Assembly: GCF_009914755.1 (NCBI RefSeq)
Contig: NC_060929.1
Length of the DNA stretch: 64,000 bases
Direction: 5' to 3' (one strand)
DNA from: the human T2T-CHM13v2.0 reference genome, Homo sapiens
This document shows positions 49,464-64,000 of the stretch, piece after piece. The notes below the pieces were generated by a model. It did no database searches and had not been told where the DNA came from. It worked only from the letters and a program-made list of their open reading frames with translations. Each line of letters begins with the position of its first letter. Position 1 is the stretch's first letter. A program made the position numbers and the translations under genes.

Positions 49464-51494
49464 ATTTTTTCCTGAACCATCTGAAAAATCAGTTGCCAGT
49501 ATCATGATACCCCTAAGTATCATGGGGTACCCCTAAGTACCTCAACAGTCTCCTATTAGCAACAATACAATTACCACACCCAAAGAAATTTAAAATTAAA
49601 CAAATAATGTCATCTATCATAGAGCTCATATTTAAATATCCCAAATTATCCTCAAAATGTTATTTATAGCTTTCTTTTTTTTTTTTTTTTTTACTTTAAT
49701 CCAAGATCCAATCAAGGTTTATCCTTGGTGGCCTGTCAGTGAGCTAGGGGGAAGCATGGCCAATAGTTCCCTTCCGAAAAATGGGCTGTACCCTACCTTG
49801 ACTTCCTAAGGAACCAGGGGTCCCAGGTCTCCGTGTAGGGAACTAGCATTTCTCATCACTTCTAAAAACAGCTAGCACTAATGCTCAGACTTGGCACTGA
49901 TGGGAAAATTATTACCTCTCAGTCCCCCAACTAACACTGTCTTGGCCACAAAAGCCACAGAAGGGCAGGGTCTATCAGCTGGTACACAGCCAAACAGGGC
50001 CATCAACTGTTCTCTGGCCCAAACATACCTTCCACAGGCTGCAAGAAACTCAAGGAACTTTGCACTTGACTTCCCTGCCTATGAGTTCCAGCCTTCCCTA
50101 AGTGCCTCCACAGCATTCACCCAGAGCCTTCTACATGACACACCTCCACTAGACTGAATTCACTGATAGCAGTCGTGGGGGATTTTCCCTGTTCATCTTC
50201 GTATTGAGCCTAGTACAGTGCCTGACATACAATGGGCCCCAATGGATATTTGCTGAATGAGAAAATTACAAATGAAAATATACACATTTATTGTCTTCCA
50301 AATGACTCTATGAAGTGGTGTTCCTGCCAGTAACAACAGTGTACATACATAGGTATTTAAGAATTTTCATATATTACAAATATGCAGTTTTAACACCAGT
50401 GAATGTTTTCCATTCCAGCTCGCAGGGAATAAAATGCCAGTGTGTTTTCACTGCCTTCTTGCATATGTTGGTAGTAAAATATTCACGACTTGGAGAATTA
50501 TGCAGTGTGTTTTCAACAGCAGCTTTTGAAAGCCACTTTTTCCATTAAAACTGTCAGTTTGGTAATATAGCCATGATTTCAAAGCAAAGGATCATTATGG
50601 CGCAAATCAAAGATAGATTACATATTTTATGTTTACATATTCTAGGACCTTCACGGTGTAAAGTTGTCGATTTTTTTTAGACTTTATGTAAGTCTCATCC
50701 ATTTTGGAATTGGAATGCATCACCTTTATTATGAACCAAATAAAACCAGTGTATAATATATGTGGCATTGCTAGGTATTATACCTGCTCTATTCACTAGC
50801 AACTCCCAGGGAAAAGAATGGCAATGAGAACTGGAACAAGCCCTTCCCTGTTGCTTTATTTTTTAGCAAGTGGACCCCTGTGTATCTTCTAGCTTCCTTA
50901 CATTTTGGAAAGATATGCAGATATCCCCAAAATGTCTGTAATTACAGCTAACTGCTAATCAAATAAAACAACTAACAAATTTATAACCAAGGGACCTTAA
51001 AAGTGAGAGGAAGCTCTAATGCTATTTTTTTAATTAAGAAAAAATACGCTAATATCTCTGACAATTATCTGCAATAGAAAACTATTATGGAGTTTGTGGT
51101 GAGAGGAAGGAAGAATTGCTTGGCAATAAGACAGTTTGTATCCTAATTACAGGTTTCAAAGCATACTTGGGCATGCTCAGTTCTCAGTGTAAAAAATAAG
51201 AGGAATTAAAGCTCTTAAAATAATAGTTTTTGTCCATAAGTGGTGAGATTATTCAGTAACACATGTAAGTGACAAGATGATAGCCTGTTTAAATACAGTT
51301 AGATAATATGCTTTGGAGATTTCCATCTTTAGCAATACGGTGGCAAATGAGGGCTGTATAAATTAAACTGATATTGAAACAGTCCTGTAGATTCAAATTA
51401 TATGAGAACTACTTTATTTAAGTATTCCCTCTGGTTGCCACATCACCATATGGGGAAAAAAATGAACTAAAGAAATGGAGAAAACCAGGTGTCA

Positions 51495-52180
51495 TCCTGA
51501 TTAAGAATGTGGGCTCTGGAATCACACAGCCTGAGTTCAAATCCTGGCACTGCCACTCACCAGCTCCTTAAAATTAGGCAATTAGCCTATCTGTGCCCTG
51601 TTATCCTTATCTCTACGTAGGAATAACAAATACTTAGTCTGGCTACACCAATAGAAGGTGAAAGAGTTAGCCACTTACTTTCCAGCTAGGATATAATGTT
51701 GCCCATATGGAATCATTACGGCTAGTGAGATATATCTCTGGTAGGAGACACTAAGAAACCCTTTGCTGCCTCTAGAAGAGACAGAGGTAGATAGCTCTAC
51801 CTCTTTCTCTATCTTCTTGCTTTGAATGCAGAAGAGATGTCTTAAATTGTGGCAATCATTTTGCAATTTGAGGGAAACGCCTGGAGAATCCCAAATATAC
51901 TGGCCCTGACATCACTGAGACACAGAGTAACTATCCATAATTGCCTATCTCAAAACTTCTTTTTATGTTAAAAAAAAAGCACCTATGTTTAATTTATTCT
52001 GCTATTCTAAGTTGAGCTCTCAGTTACTTGCAGCTGTAAGCATTTCTAACTGATACAATGAGATTAGTAATAGGACCTATTCCACAGAGTTTTTTATGAA
52101 GGTTAAATAAGATAACTCACAAAGAGCACTTAGCACGGTGCCCAACACATAGGGAGAATGGAGTAAACTACTATTAGCTG
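51495..52180 (+). mobile_element. MIR split by an MLT1J/K-like LTR (~51625-52057)
   Basis: MIR head GGCTCTGGAATCACACAGCCTGAGTTCAAATCCTGG; LTR end GTTACTTGCAGCTGTAAGCATTTCTAACTGATACA; MIR tail AGCACTTAGCACGGTGCCCAACACATAG. Confidence 0.65.
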
Positions 52181-53826
52181 GTTGTGGTAGCAGCGGTAGC
52201 AGTGTCTTCATTATTATTATTATATTTTAAAACCTGCTGGGAAAAAGAATACACTTCCAAGAGGATATCTCTATGTGTACTGCCTTTTGAGTACAGCTAT
52301 TCAAGGATTCAGGCATTCTTCAGGCTTAATTGGCTCCAAAGAGAATCTAGTACCCAAAAGAACTAAAGTGGCTGCCAAAGGGGCATTGCCTGCAACCATG
52401 GGTTACCTAAGGCATTGAAGAATCTGGGTTGGCACTAAAATCCATTGCAGAAGAAAGAAAAATAAGGTAAGGCAGAGCATAGCAATGTGGAGTTTTAAGA
52501 AATTTAGTTTATATAAAATATGGAGTTAAAGATTATGAAAATAAAATGCATATATTAAGAACAAGACAAATCAAATGCAATTACATATCAAGCAGAAAAT
52601 GACATGTAATTTATTTTATTTTTAAAAGTGATTGATTGTATTTTAGAAAGTTACTTGTTCAGTAATTGTTAATTAAAGAACGTTCATCTTCCTCTCACCT
52701 TAGTGTTAAAAAAAGATAAATATTTGCTGCTTTACCACCACAAATGTAATGCCATGGTCCTGCCCACACAGTCCCATAATAACTGCTTCTGTTTTAAGTG
52801 TCCTGTACCAGTCTTTGCCACCAACTGGCAAGATACTAGATATAGATTTATTTCTAAATGCTTACAGTCAAGTTGATAATGTACAGTGTGAAATAAACAA
52901 TATTATGTAATTCCCTAATTTATTGAGCTGGCCTTTCTGAAGCAGAATAGACCTACTTCCTGTCTTCTGGGTAAACACTGTGCAATTCAAAGCTCTGTGC
53001 CACACCGGCCCATTAGAGCTATCCCAATCTGCTGGCAGCACAACCATAACTAACACAGTGCCCCTTTTTCCTCCCTTCTTATTCATAGTGATGTAAGGAT
53101 GAATTGTTAGCTTTAACTTTGAGTTTCCTGGCATTGGTCCATTTGTATCACCACCCTGGCGTTATTTAAGCACAGTGTGCTTCATATTTATGAGCTTACA
53201 AAATTTCTGGTCTCCTGCTTCTACCATTCTTAAGAACCATCAAGGGAAAAGGGTGTGACCATAAAAGCCAGTGTGTAACAAACCTCATTCAAATGCAGGC
53301 AGTGTATTGGGAACCTTAATTCTATTAGAGCATGGACAATGAATGTATTTGTGTTAGTTACTTTCCCACTTTGAGGTTAAACAAACCAGTGAATGGGACT
53401 CCGGGTGGCAGCAGAATGAGATACTACATTGGATGACGCAGGCAGACAAATGCCAGGGAGCATTTTAAAAAACAAGAAGTCTCTTTCCTGCCTTCCCATG
53501 ACTTTTCAGCAATTTGGATTCTGTAAATGGAAATGAATAGCTCCAGTCCTCCAATATCTTCATTCAGCAGTTCGGTTCCGAGGTTCACGTGATGCATTTA
53601 TCTTTGTGGCTGCTTCTAAGAAAATGTACCCCATTCAAAGAAGGTCTGAATTAACCTCAGTAAGTGTGTTCTGTCTACTCTTAAACTGATATCCCTTCCT
53701 GAATAAGGCCCTAATTTGCAATAGTTGCCAGACTGAATAACTTGCTGCAAACCTACCAATGCCACCACAAGACTTGTTTCCCACCAATGTGATTAACTGA
53801 ATACAGTTGTGTTTAAAACACCATGT

Positions 53827-53852
53827 GCACACACACACACGCACACGCACAC
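53827..53852. repeat. (CA)n/(CACG) microsatellite
   Basis: Directly visible. Confidence 0.8.
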
Positions 53853-54542
53853 ATAAGCACACATGCATGCCACACCTTTGATAATCGTGTAGGCTCCCAC
53901 TCAAGTCCTCTATTGCAGCACCCATCTCCTGTTAATAATCAGCACTGACTCTGAGCAGGGGGAAAGGGGCTGCCACAAGCTGCCTCTACCACCTGCCCAA
54001 AGCCTTCACCTTACACACAGTTACTTAATACCACAGGTATCCAACATGATTTTTAAGTAAAACTGGAGGAATATGAACTCAACTTGCTTATTGTTCTGAA
54101 GATTAACATCTTTAGGTAGAGCATCTGATATAAGATAGGAAGACAAATACTAACGGGGCACTAGAAATGTGGGCAGCATTGCTTAACACACTCCATCATC
54201 AGCATCCTGCATTGTGGGCCTGAAGCTATGTTGACTTCAGTAAGCATCATTTAACAAGCATGAGAAAAGCACTAAGAATTAAACCCTTCCAAATCAGGCA
54301 GGTGTTGACTGATCAGACTACATACTGACAAGAGCAATATGAATAAACAGGTTAAATATGGATAACACGACATATGATTCTCCATGTGTCAGGGTTTAGA
54401 AAGCAATCCCTCAAGTCCAGTAGGAATTTCTGAAGATAAAATAGTCTACCTCTTGCTTCAGGAACCTCCCACCCAATACAAAGGGGTACTCATTGTTTTC
54501 TTACAATCTCACTGAAGAAGGGGAATATAATACAAATAACCT

Positions 54543-54896
54543 TTTATTAGTCCATTTCCACACTGCTATAAAGAAATACCCCAAACTGAGTAATTTATAA
54601 AGGAAAGAAGTTTAATTGACTCACCGTTCCACATGGCTGAGGAGGCCTCAGGAAACTTACAATCATGGCAGAAGGGGAAGCAAGCACCTTCTTCACAAGT
54701 TGGCAGGAAAGAAAGCTTCTGAAGTAGGAACTGTCAAACATTTATAAAACCATCAGATCTCATGAGAACTCATTCACTCTCATGAGAGTAGCATAGGGGA
54801 AACTGCCTCCATGATCCAATTACCTCCCTCCCTTGACACATGGGAATTACAGTTTGAGATGAGATTTGGTTGGGGACACAGAGCCAAATCGTATCA
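54543..54896 (-). mobile_element. THE1D/MSTA-like solo LTR
   Basis: TATTAGTCCATTTCCACACTGCTATAAAG...GAGATGAGATTTGGTTGGGGACACAGAGCCAAATCGTATCA; flanks AACCT and ACCCT. Confidence 0.85.
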
Positions 54897-55899
54897 ACCC
54901 TGACTGCCTTTTAGAGTAAAATTATTAAAGTGTTTTTTCTAAGACTCTTGGCCCTCACTTATTCTTACCTGGTTGGCATTCAATAAATATTTATGGTATT
55001 TCTAAAGTTTCAAAAAGTTCAGTAGCTATTTACATTAATAAAGCTCATTTTCTAAGGAAAGAAAAATTAACTATTTAGGTATTGTCACAGTTCAAGTCAA
55101 ATTTTTACCCTTCAAGTTTACTAATTACATAAATATTATGAGGATAAAGAGAAAACACCAATTGAAATTTGTCTACAGATAGTCCCATGGAAATTCTTGC
55201 CACTTGTTTTTACCAATAACAAGTGTTTTTACCGCTTGTTTTTTCAAAAACTTGAACAAATGCATCATTTTCTCAATAGGCCTAAAAGAAATAAATATAA
55301 AAGTGAGGCAAGAAAACTGGGCACAGGTATGAAAATATATCTCTCAAGAAATAATACAGCCCTTGGTTTCATGTCAAACCTTAGGATTCCTAGTATTTTG
55401 TCATTTTTTTCAGTTTCTAAGGACTGTAGCAATAGAATGTTTGCTATTAGATCAATGAGTAGAAGAAACAGTGTAATGAGCTAGCTAGTAATTTTTAATC
55501 ACATAGATTCAAGCTTAAAAATGAACTATGAGATACATGATAATTAAGATTGATTTAAAGTTTGTCATTCAATCCAGTTACTTTTAATAAGTTAGAAATG
55601 TATTTAGCAATAAACCCCACCAGGACAGACAATAAGATGACCCAAGTTGGTACTATTTTTCTTAAGTGAGTAAAGACCAGAGCTACAGAAGCCAGTGAAC
55701 AAGAGCTGCATGACTCTTACTTAAAACACATCTTTGTCTGAAACATCCAGTGGGTTTAAACAACTGAGTTCTCCGGCTTCTGGCCTTGACTTATCAATCC
55801 AAGCCACAAACTTTTCCAGAAATGCTAATAAATATAAATCCACCTTTGTATAATGGTGGACAATATAGAAACAATAGTATTTAAACCAAGTTTAAACTA

Positions 55900-55949
55900 A
55901 AGCAGCTTATACCCACTTTATCAGAAGCAGCTTATACCCACTTTTTCAG
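55900..55949. repeat. 25-bp tandem duplication
   Basis: AAGCAGCTTATACCCACTTT(A/T)TCAG x2. Confidence 0.9.
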
Positions 55950-56292
55950 AAGGCATTAAATAGAGAGTCTTTTCTACATGTCTTCTTCTACCTCCCACCT
56001 CAAAGAGAGCTGTTCTTCCAGACAGAAAGATCATATAATGTTCAGCTGCTGGCTATCTTCTAATTGCCAGTTTTACTACTGAGAATTTGGAGCCTATATC
56101 ACAATTCTTCTGTGTCAGTGAATTAAAACCAGATGCCAATGCTTTCTCAGTATGACATATTTCTCTTACAGTTAGATTAATAAATGTAAATTTTAATGTC
56201 CTTTGGGACTGAGAGTGTATTTAGGCATCTCTCTTTTCATGATATGTCACAATAAAAACATGTACATTCAAGAAACTAATAATTTTTCATTA

Positions 56293-56670
56293 CGATAGAA
56301 GTCCTAAACAATAAAATCTTCTTACATAGCATATAGGCAGAGCATGAACAGTGACAATGGCAGTTTTTGTTTTTCAACCAAGTCAACCAACAAAGGAAGG
56401 TCTGTACTTATCAGAATGAGAAAGTATTTCGGCCTCAGTTCCTATTTAGCCCTTGACCTCAAATGTGACTGACAAGTGGAGTGGTGATTTGGGAATGCGA
56501 TCAGACACCTGTCCACTGAGGAATGGACTGAAGCCAACAGCTCATTACACAGAAAACTACTAAACAGCCATTGTAGAACAACGACTTTTCATCACCTGGG
56601 TCAGATACAAACCAATAACCTAGAGGTGAAAGGCTGTCCATCAAATTCTAGTTCCCACTTATCAGGTCCA
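56293..56670 (-). mobile_element. LF-SINE (LFSINE_Vert), ancient tRNA-derived SINE
   Basis: Reverse complement reads AGCCTTTCACCTCTAGGT...CCCAGGT...AAAGTC...ATGGCTGTT...AATGAG...TCAGTCCA.TTCCT.AGTGGACAGGTGTC...CAGTC...GAGGTCAAGG, collinear with the LF-SINE consensus as I recall it; 56415-56640 is the strong part. Confidence 0.78.
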
Positions 56671-59367
56671 TTCAATTCCATCTATTCAGTTTTGAGGACT
56701 CTCTTCTATAGGTTTTTGCAAAAAAGGCCATGTGATTCAATAGAGTTCAGACTGTTATTATTTATGGGATGAACTGAAAGGATTATAGATTCTATCACAA
56801 TTAAGTTCTCCCCTAATGAATCTGCAGGCTTTAAATAATCTTCTCAAAGTACACATCACTTTTCTTTTCTCCTTAGATACTCTTGTGAGAAGGCACACTG
56901 GGTGATTTCAATGGTGGATACTCTCAGCCCTGAAGTGGATTTGACATGTAGACGAGGCTGTTAAGCCCAAGACTGAAGTCCACACTAGTTGCAGCGTTCC
57001 TGATGTCTGAGCATGTATTCATGAATTAGCAACACAAGTGTTTAATTTTCATGCAAGTGCTTATGTGTTTACTAAAGATTAGCATTTTAATTAGTCTATA
57101 TTTTTCTCTTAGACAATTGACACGAATAGTATTTGCAGATACCTGACTAAGACGTTGCAAAGCATAAAAAAAAAAAGCATCACACAGTTTTATTTAAAAA
57201 TCCTAATTAGCTAGCCATTGCTTTAGCATGAAACGAAATGACATGAAGTATAAGTTAGGTAACCACTGAATTTTTTATGGTTGGTTTAGTTTGAGGTTTT
57301 ATTTTTTTACTTTATTTATTTATTGGGTTTTTTCTTCTCAATTATAGCTCTCCATAGAGTTCAGCAAAAGTCTTTTCTGTCAGATCTCTTTGTATTTAGT
57401 ATTTGGGTCATGCTTGGAATATTAAGCATTTTGTCCTCCATTTTAAGTTCTTATAGTGTAACATTATGAGTGGCTTTAACTTAGCTAATTTCTGAGAGAC
57501 ATCAAAAGAAAATGACTGAGGTATTTCAGCTCTGTTTAAGGCTTTCTGCTACAATTGGGTAAAATCTTTATTATGAGTTTTTTTATGAAACACATGAAAA
57601 ATGTAAAAGTTGTAAAAACATAACATAAGAATCTAGAAAGACAGAGGGGCATCACTTAAAAAGGCCCACAATAATGATTGTTGCATGAAATTTAGTCACT
57701 TAGGATTCCTCCTAAAGTCATTCCACAGATCCACATGCAGCAGTTCTGAGACAAAATGTGGTTCTCATGCGACTGCAGCAAATCAACTCACATATAACTC
57801 CACTTTCTTCCCTGTTATCAGGTCATTAAAATGGACAGATTTTAAAAATTCCTCTACTTTTTCATTTTTTCCAGGAACAATTTTTTCTTCTATTTCGTTC
57901 TTCATAGATATTTTTTCATTTTGTTCAATAATATTTTCCTACTTTAACATATGTAGTCTTGTTTTGATTTACTCCTCCATACAATATTAGATTTGCACTT
58001 CCTTTCTAAATTATTTCTTGCAATTTTTCTAAAATAACATGCTTGATAATCATTACTTTATGCTTACAAATAATTTAGATGGCCTAAAATTTATGCAATG
58101 ACTACAAATGTTTAATACAAAAATATTGAGATTGAAAAAATGTATCTTTAAGTTCATCAAACATAATTTTTGCTTGATATTATCTTTTTTTCCATGCAAT
58201 GGTTAATTTGAAAGAAAAGAAAAAAGAAAGATGATTTTAAAAATTACCACCACAAAGATGAGCACAGAAGTCGCCTATGATGTAAATGTCATATAGACTT
58301 TTAAAAATGTATAATCGAATCTGATCATCATCATTGGCATGGTTATGACTAGCTGTCACACACATATGTTTTATGGTGTTATATATAATCATGTGGTGTT
58401 ATTATAACATATAACATGACATCTGACAGACATTAAATGGCTCTCTGAAGAGAAGAGGGCAAGGAGACAAGAGACATCAAAATTTTCATGAAAAATAAAA
58501 TAAAACAAAACAAATGTAAGGGCAAATGATTAAAAAGGGAACAGTTATTATGGTCTCTCTTTTCTTTTATAGAATCACTCAGAAAATAAAGCCTCCAAAT
58601 TTGGGCTCTTCAATATTATTTTTAAGCACTTAAGTGTGTAGGGAAATCTTCAATCTTTATATGCAGACTCTGGCTATTTTACAAAATATAATGACCCCCT
58701 GTTTATCTGGCACTGATAGTGAATCAGGTTTCCATACAAGTGAAAGTATTTATTATACATGATACTTATTTTTATCTCTTCATGTTTTCAGCTATATCTA
58801 TTTAATATTATCAATATTCCTTTGTCTAGTAGTCAATTTATTATTCCAATTTCAAATTCTAACAGGCTAGAAACCCAGATAACCTGACATTGAAATTATA
58901 TGAGGTAATGAGGCATTATATTTGTCTTAAATATGTGAAATATAGTGTGAAGACATCTTGGCATCTGCATTTGCTTCTTAAAAGCTTTTTGGTTTGTTGT
59001 TGTTGTTGATTTTGGCTGCCTCTCTTGCTCATAGCCATATCTACCATTAGGTTTAGTAGCTGAAGGAGTGAGCTCTAGATAAAAGACATGTTGTTACTAT
59101 ATTAGAGCCTTCTAATGACTCTATAGGACAAAAAGAACTAGTACAGTCAAATTCAATACATTGTATTCTGACCACTTGATCTGGTCATTTTTAATCCCAA
59201 ATTAGAGTCAACCACATTATGATCCTTTTTTATGCTACATTTTTAGATAATCATTGGTTAACAACAGATTCCTATCTTAGTATTAGAAACAAAGTCTAGC
59301 TCTGATTGAGGTCAACTCTTACCTGCTACTACGCAGTAACTTTCAAGACACTGAAGAACTGGAACAT

Positions 59368-60273
59368 GGGGAGGAGCCAAGATGGCCAAATAGGAACAGC
59401 TCCAGTCTACAGCTCCCAGCCTGAGCGACGCAGAAGACGGGTGATTTCTGCATTTCCATCTGAGGTACCAGGTTCATCTCACTAGGGAGTGCCAGACAGT
59501 GGGCGCAGGTCAGTGGGTGCGCGCACCTTGTGCGAGCCGAAGCAGGGCGAGGCATTACCTCACTCAGGAAGTGCAAGGGGTCAGGGAGTTCCCTTTCCTA
59601 GTCAAAGAAAGGGGTGACCGAAGGCACCTGGAAACTCGGGCCACTCCCACCCGAATACTGCGTTTTTCCGACCGGCTTAAAAAACGGCGCACCACGAGAT
59701 TATAACCCGCACCTGGCTTGGAGGGTCCTACGCCCACGGAATCTCGCTGATTGCTAGCACAGCAGTCTGAGATCAAACTGCAAGGCCGCAGCGAGGCTGG
59801 GGGAGGGGCACCCGCCATTGCCCCGGCTTGCTTAGGTAAACAAAGTAGCCGGGAAGCTCGAATTGGGTGGAGCCCACCACAGCTCAAGGAGGCCTGCCTG
59901 CCTCTGTAGGCTCCACCTCTGGGGGCAGGGCACAGACAAACTAAAAGACAGCAGTAACCTCTGCAGACTTAAATGTCCCTGTCTGACAGCTTTGAAGAGA
60001 GCAGTGGTTCTCCCAGTACGCAGCCGGAGATCTGAGAAGGGGCAGACTGCCTCCTCAAGTGGGTGCCTGACCCCTGACCCCTGAGCAGCCTAACTAGGAG
60101 GCGCCCCCCAACAGGGGCACACTGACACCTCACACGGCAGGGTACTCCAACAGACCTGCAGCTGAGGGTCCTGTCTGTTAGAAGGAAAACTAACAAACAG
60201 AAAGGACATCCACACCAAAAACCCATCTGTATATCACCATCATCAAAGACCGAAAGTAGATAAAACCACAAAG
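59368..60273. promoter_or_regulatory. L1 5'UTR with internal sense promoter (YY1 site AAGATGGCC at 59379-59387) and antisense promoter
   Basis: Intact 5' end with many retained CpGs; promoter activities are known for the family and not demonstrated for this copy. Confidence 0.7.
59564..59818 (-). CDS. ORF0: L1 antisense ORF0, open, 84 aa
   Basis: ATG at 59818; MAGAPPPASLRPCSLISDCCASNQRDSVGVGPSKPGAGYNLVVRRFLSRSEKR...; expression unknown. Confidence 0.5.
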   Translation of the reverse strand: MAGAPPPASLRPCSLISDCCASNQRDSVGVGPSKPGAGYNLVVRRFLSRSEKRSIRVGVARVSRCLRSPLSLTRKGNSLTPCTS

Positions 60274-61290
60274 ATGGGGAAAAAACAGAACAGAAAAACT
60301 GGAAACTCTAAAAAGCAGAGTGCCTCTCCTCCTCCAAAGGAACGCAGTTCCTCACCAGCAATGGAACAAAGCTGGACAGAGAATGACTATGACAAGCTGA
60401 GAGAAGAAGGCTTCAGACGATCAAATTACTCTGAGCTACGGGAGGACATTCAAAGCAAAGGCAAAGAAGTTGAAAACTTTGAAAAAAATTTAGAAGAATG
60501 TATAACTAGAATAACCAATACAGAGAAGTGCTTAAAGGAGCTGATGGAGCTGAAAACCAAGGCTTGAGAACTACGTGAAGAATTCAGAAGCCTCAGGAGC
60601 CGATGCGATCAACTGGAAGAAAGGGTATCAGCAATGGAAGAGGAAATGAATGAAATGAAGCAAGAAGGGAAGTTTAGAGAAAAAAGAATAAAAAGAAATG
60701 AACAAAGCCTCCAAGAAATATGGGACTATGTGAAAAGGCCAAATCTACATCTGATTGGTGTACCTGAAAGTGATGGGGAGAATGGAACCAAGTTGGAAAA
60801 CACTCTGCAGGATATTATCCAGGAGAACTTCCCCAATCTAGCAAGGCAGGCCAACATTCAGATTCAGGAAATACAGAGAACGCCACAAAGATACTCCTCG
60901 AGAAGAGCAACTCCAAGACACATAATTGTCACATTCACCAAAGTTGAAATGAAGGAAAAAATGTTAAGGGCAGCCAGAGAGAAAGATCGGTTTACCCTCA
61001 AAGGGAAGCCCATCAGACTAACAGCGGATCTCTCGGCAGAAACCCTACAAGCCAGAAGAGAGTGGGGGCCAATATTCAACATTCTTAAAGAAAAGAATTT
61101 TTAACCCAGAATTTCATATGCAGCCAAACTAAGCTTCATAAGTGAAGGAGAAATAAAATCCTTTACAGACAAGCAAATGCTGAGAGATTTTGTCACCACC
61201 AGGCCTGCCCTAAAAGAGCTCCTCAAGGAAGCACTAAACATGGAAAGGAACAACCGGTACCAGCCGCTGCAAAATCATGCCAAAATGTAA
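60274..61290 (+). pseudogene. ORF1: L1 ORF1 with two premature stops
   Basis: MGKKQNRKTGNSK...; TGA at 60565-60567 and TAA at 61102-61104; natural stop at 61288-61290. Confidence 0.93.
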
Positions 61291-61338
61291 AGACCATCGA
61301 GACTAGGAAGAAACTGCATCAACTAACGAGCAAAATAA

Positions 61339-64000
<2,662 letters not shown>

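Overview
This is non-coding, transposon-dense primate genomic DNA. AluY and an L1PA3-type 5'UTR lacking the ~129-bp segment point to human or great ape. Every long ORF derives from LINE-1, and I recognise no host protein-coding gene, RNA gene or CRISPR array. There are three young L1PA copies, all disabled: a 3' half at 1-3432 (+), a full-length TSD-flanked copy at 16.6-22.8 kb (-), and a 5'-intact copy from 59368 that runs off the window (+). The rest is older L1PB/L1MA/L1M, four Alus, MaLR solo LTRs (THE1/MST/MLT1), MIR, L2, MER2, MER58A and degraded ERVL pol. The most notable element is a recognisable LF-SINE at ~56.3-56.7 kb, an ancient family known for exaptation as enhancers and exons, lying in a TE-poor block. 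Other observations: several well-formed minus-strand microexon candidates downstream of an L1 antisense promoter with an open ORF0; an ERVL RT fragment lodged inside an old L1; two twin-primed (5'-inverted) L1s; a short L1 3' transduction; and a fold-back palindrome in a (TA)n tract. I cannot support a claim of a wholly new biological system. Subfamily calls are by eye against remembered consensus sequences, not computed.
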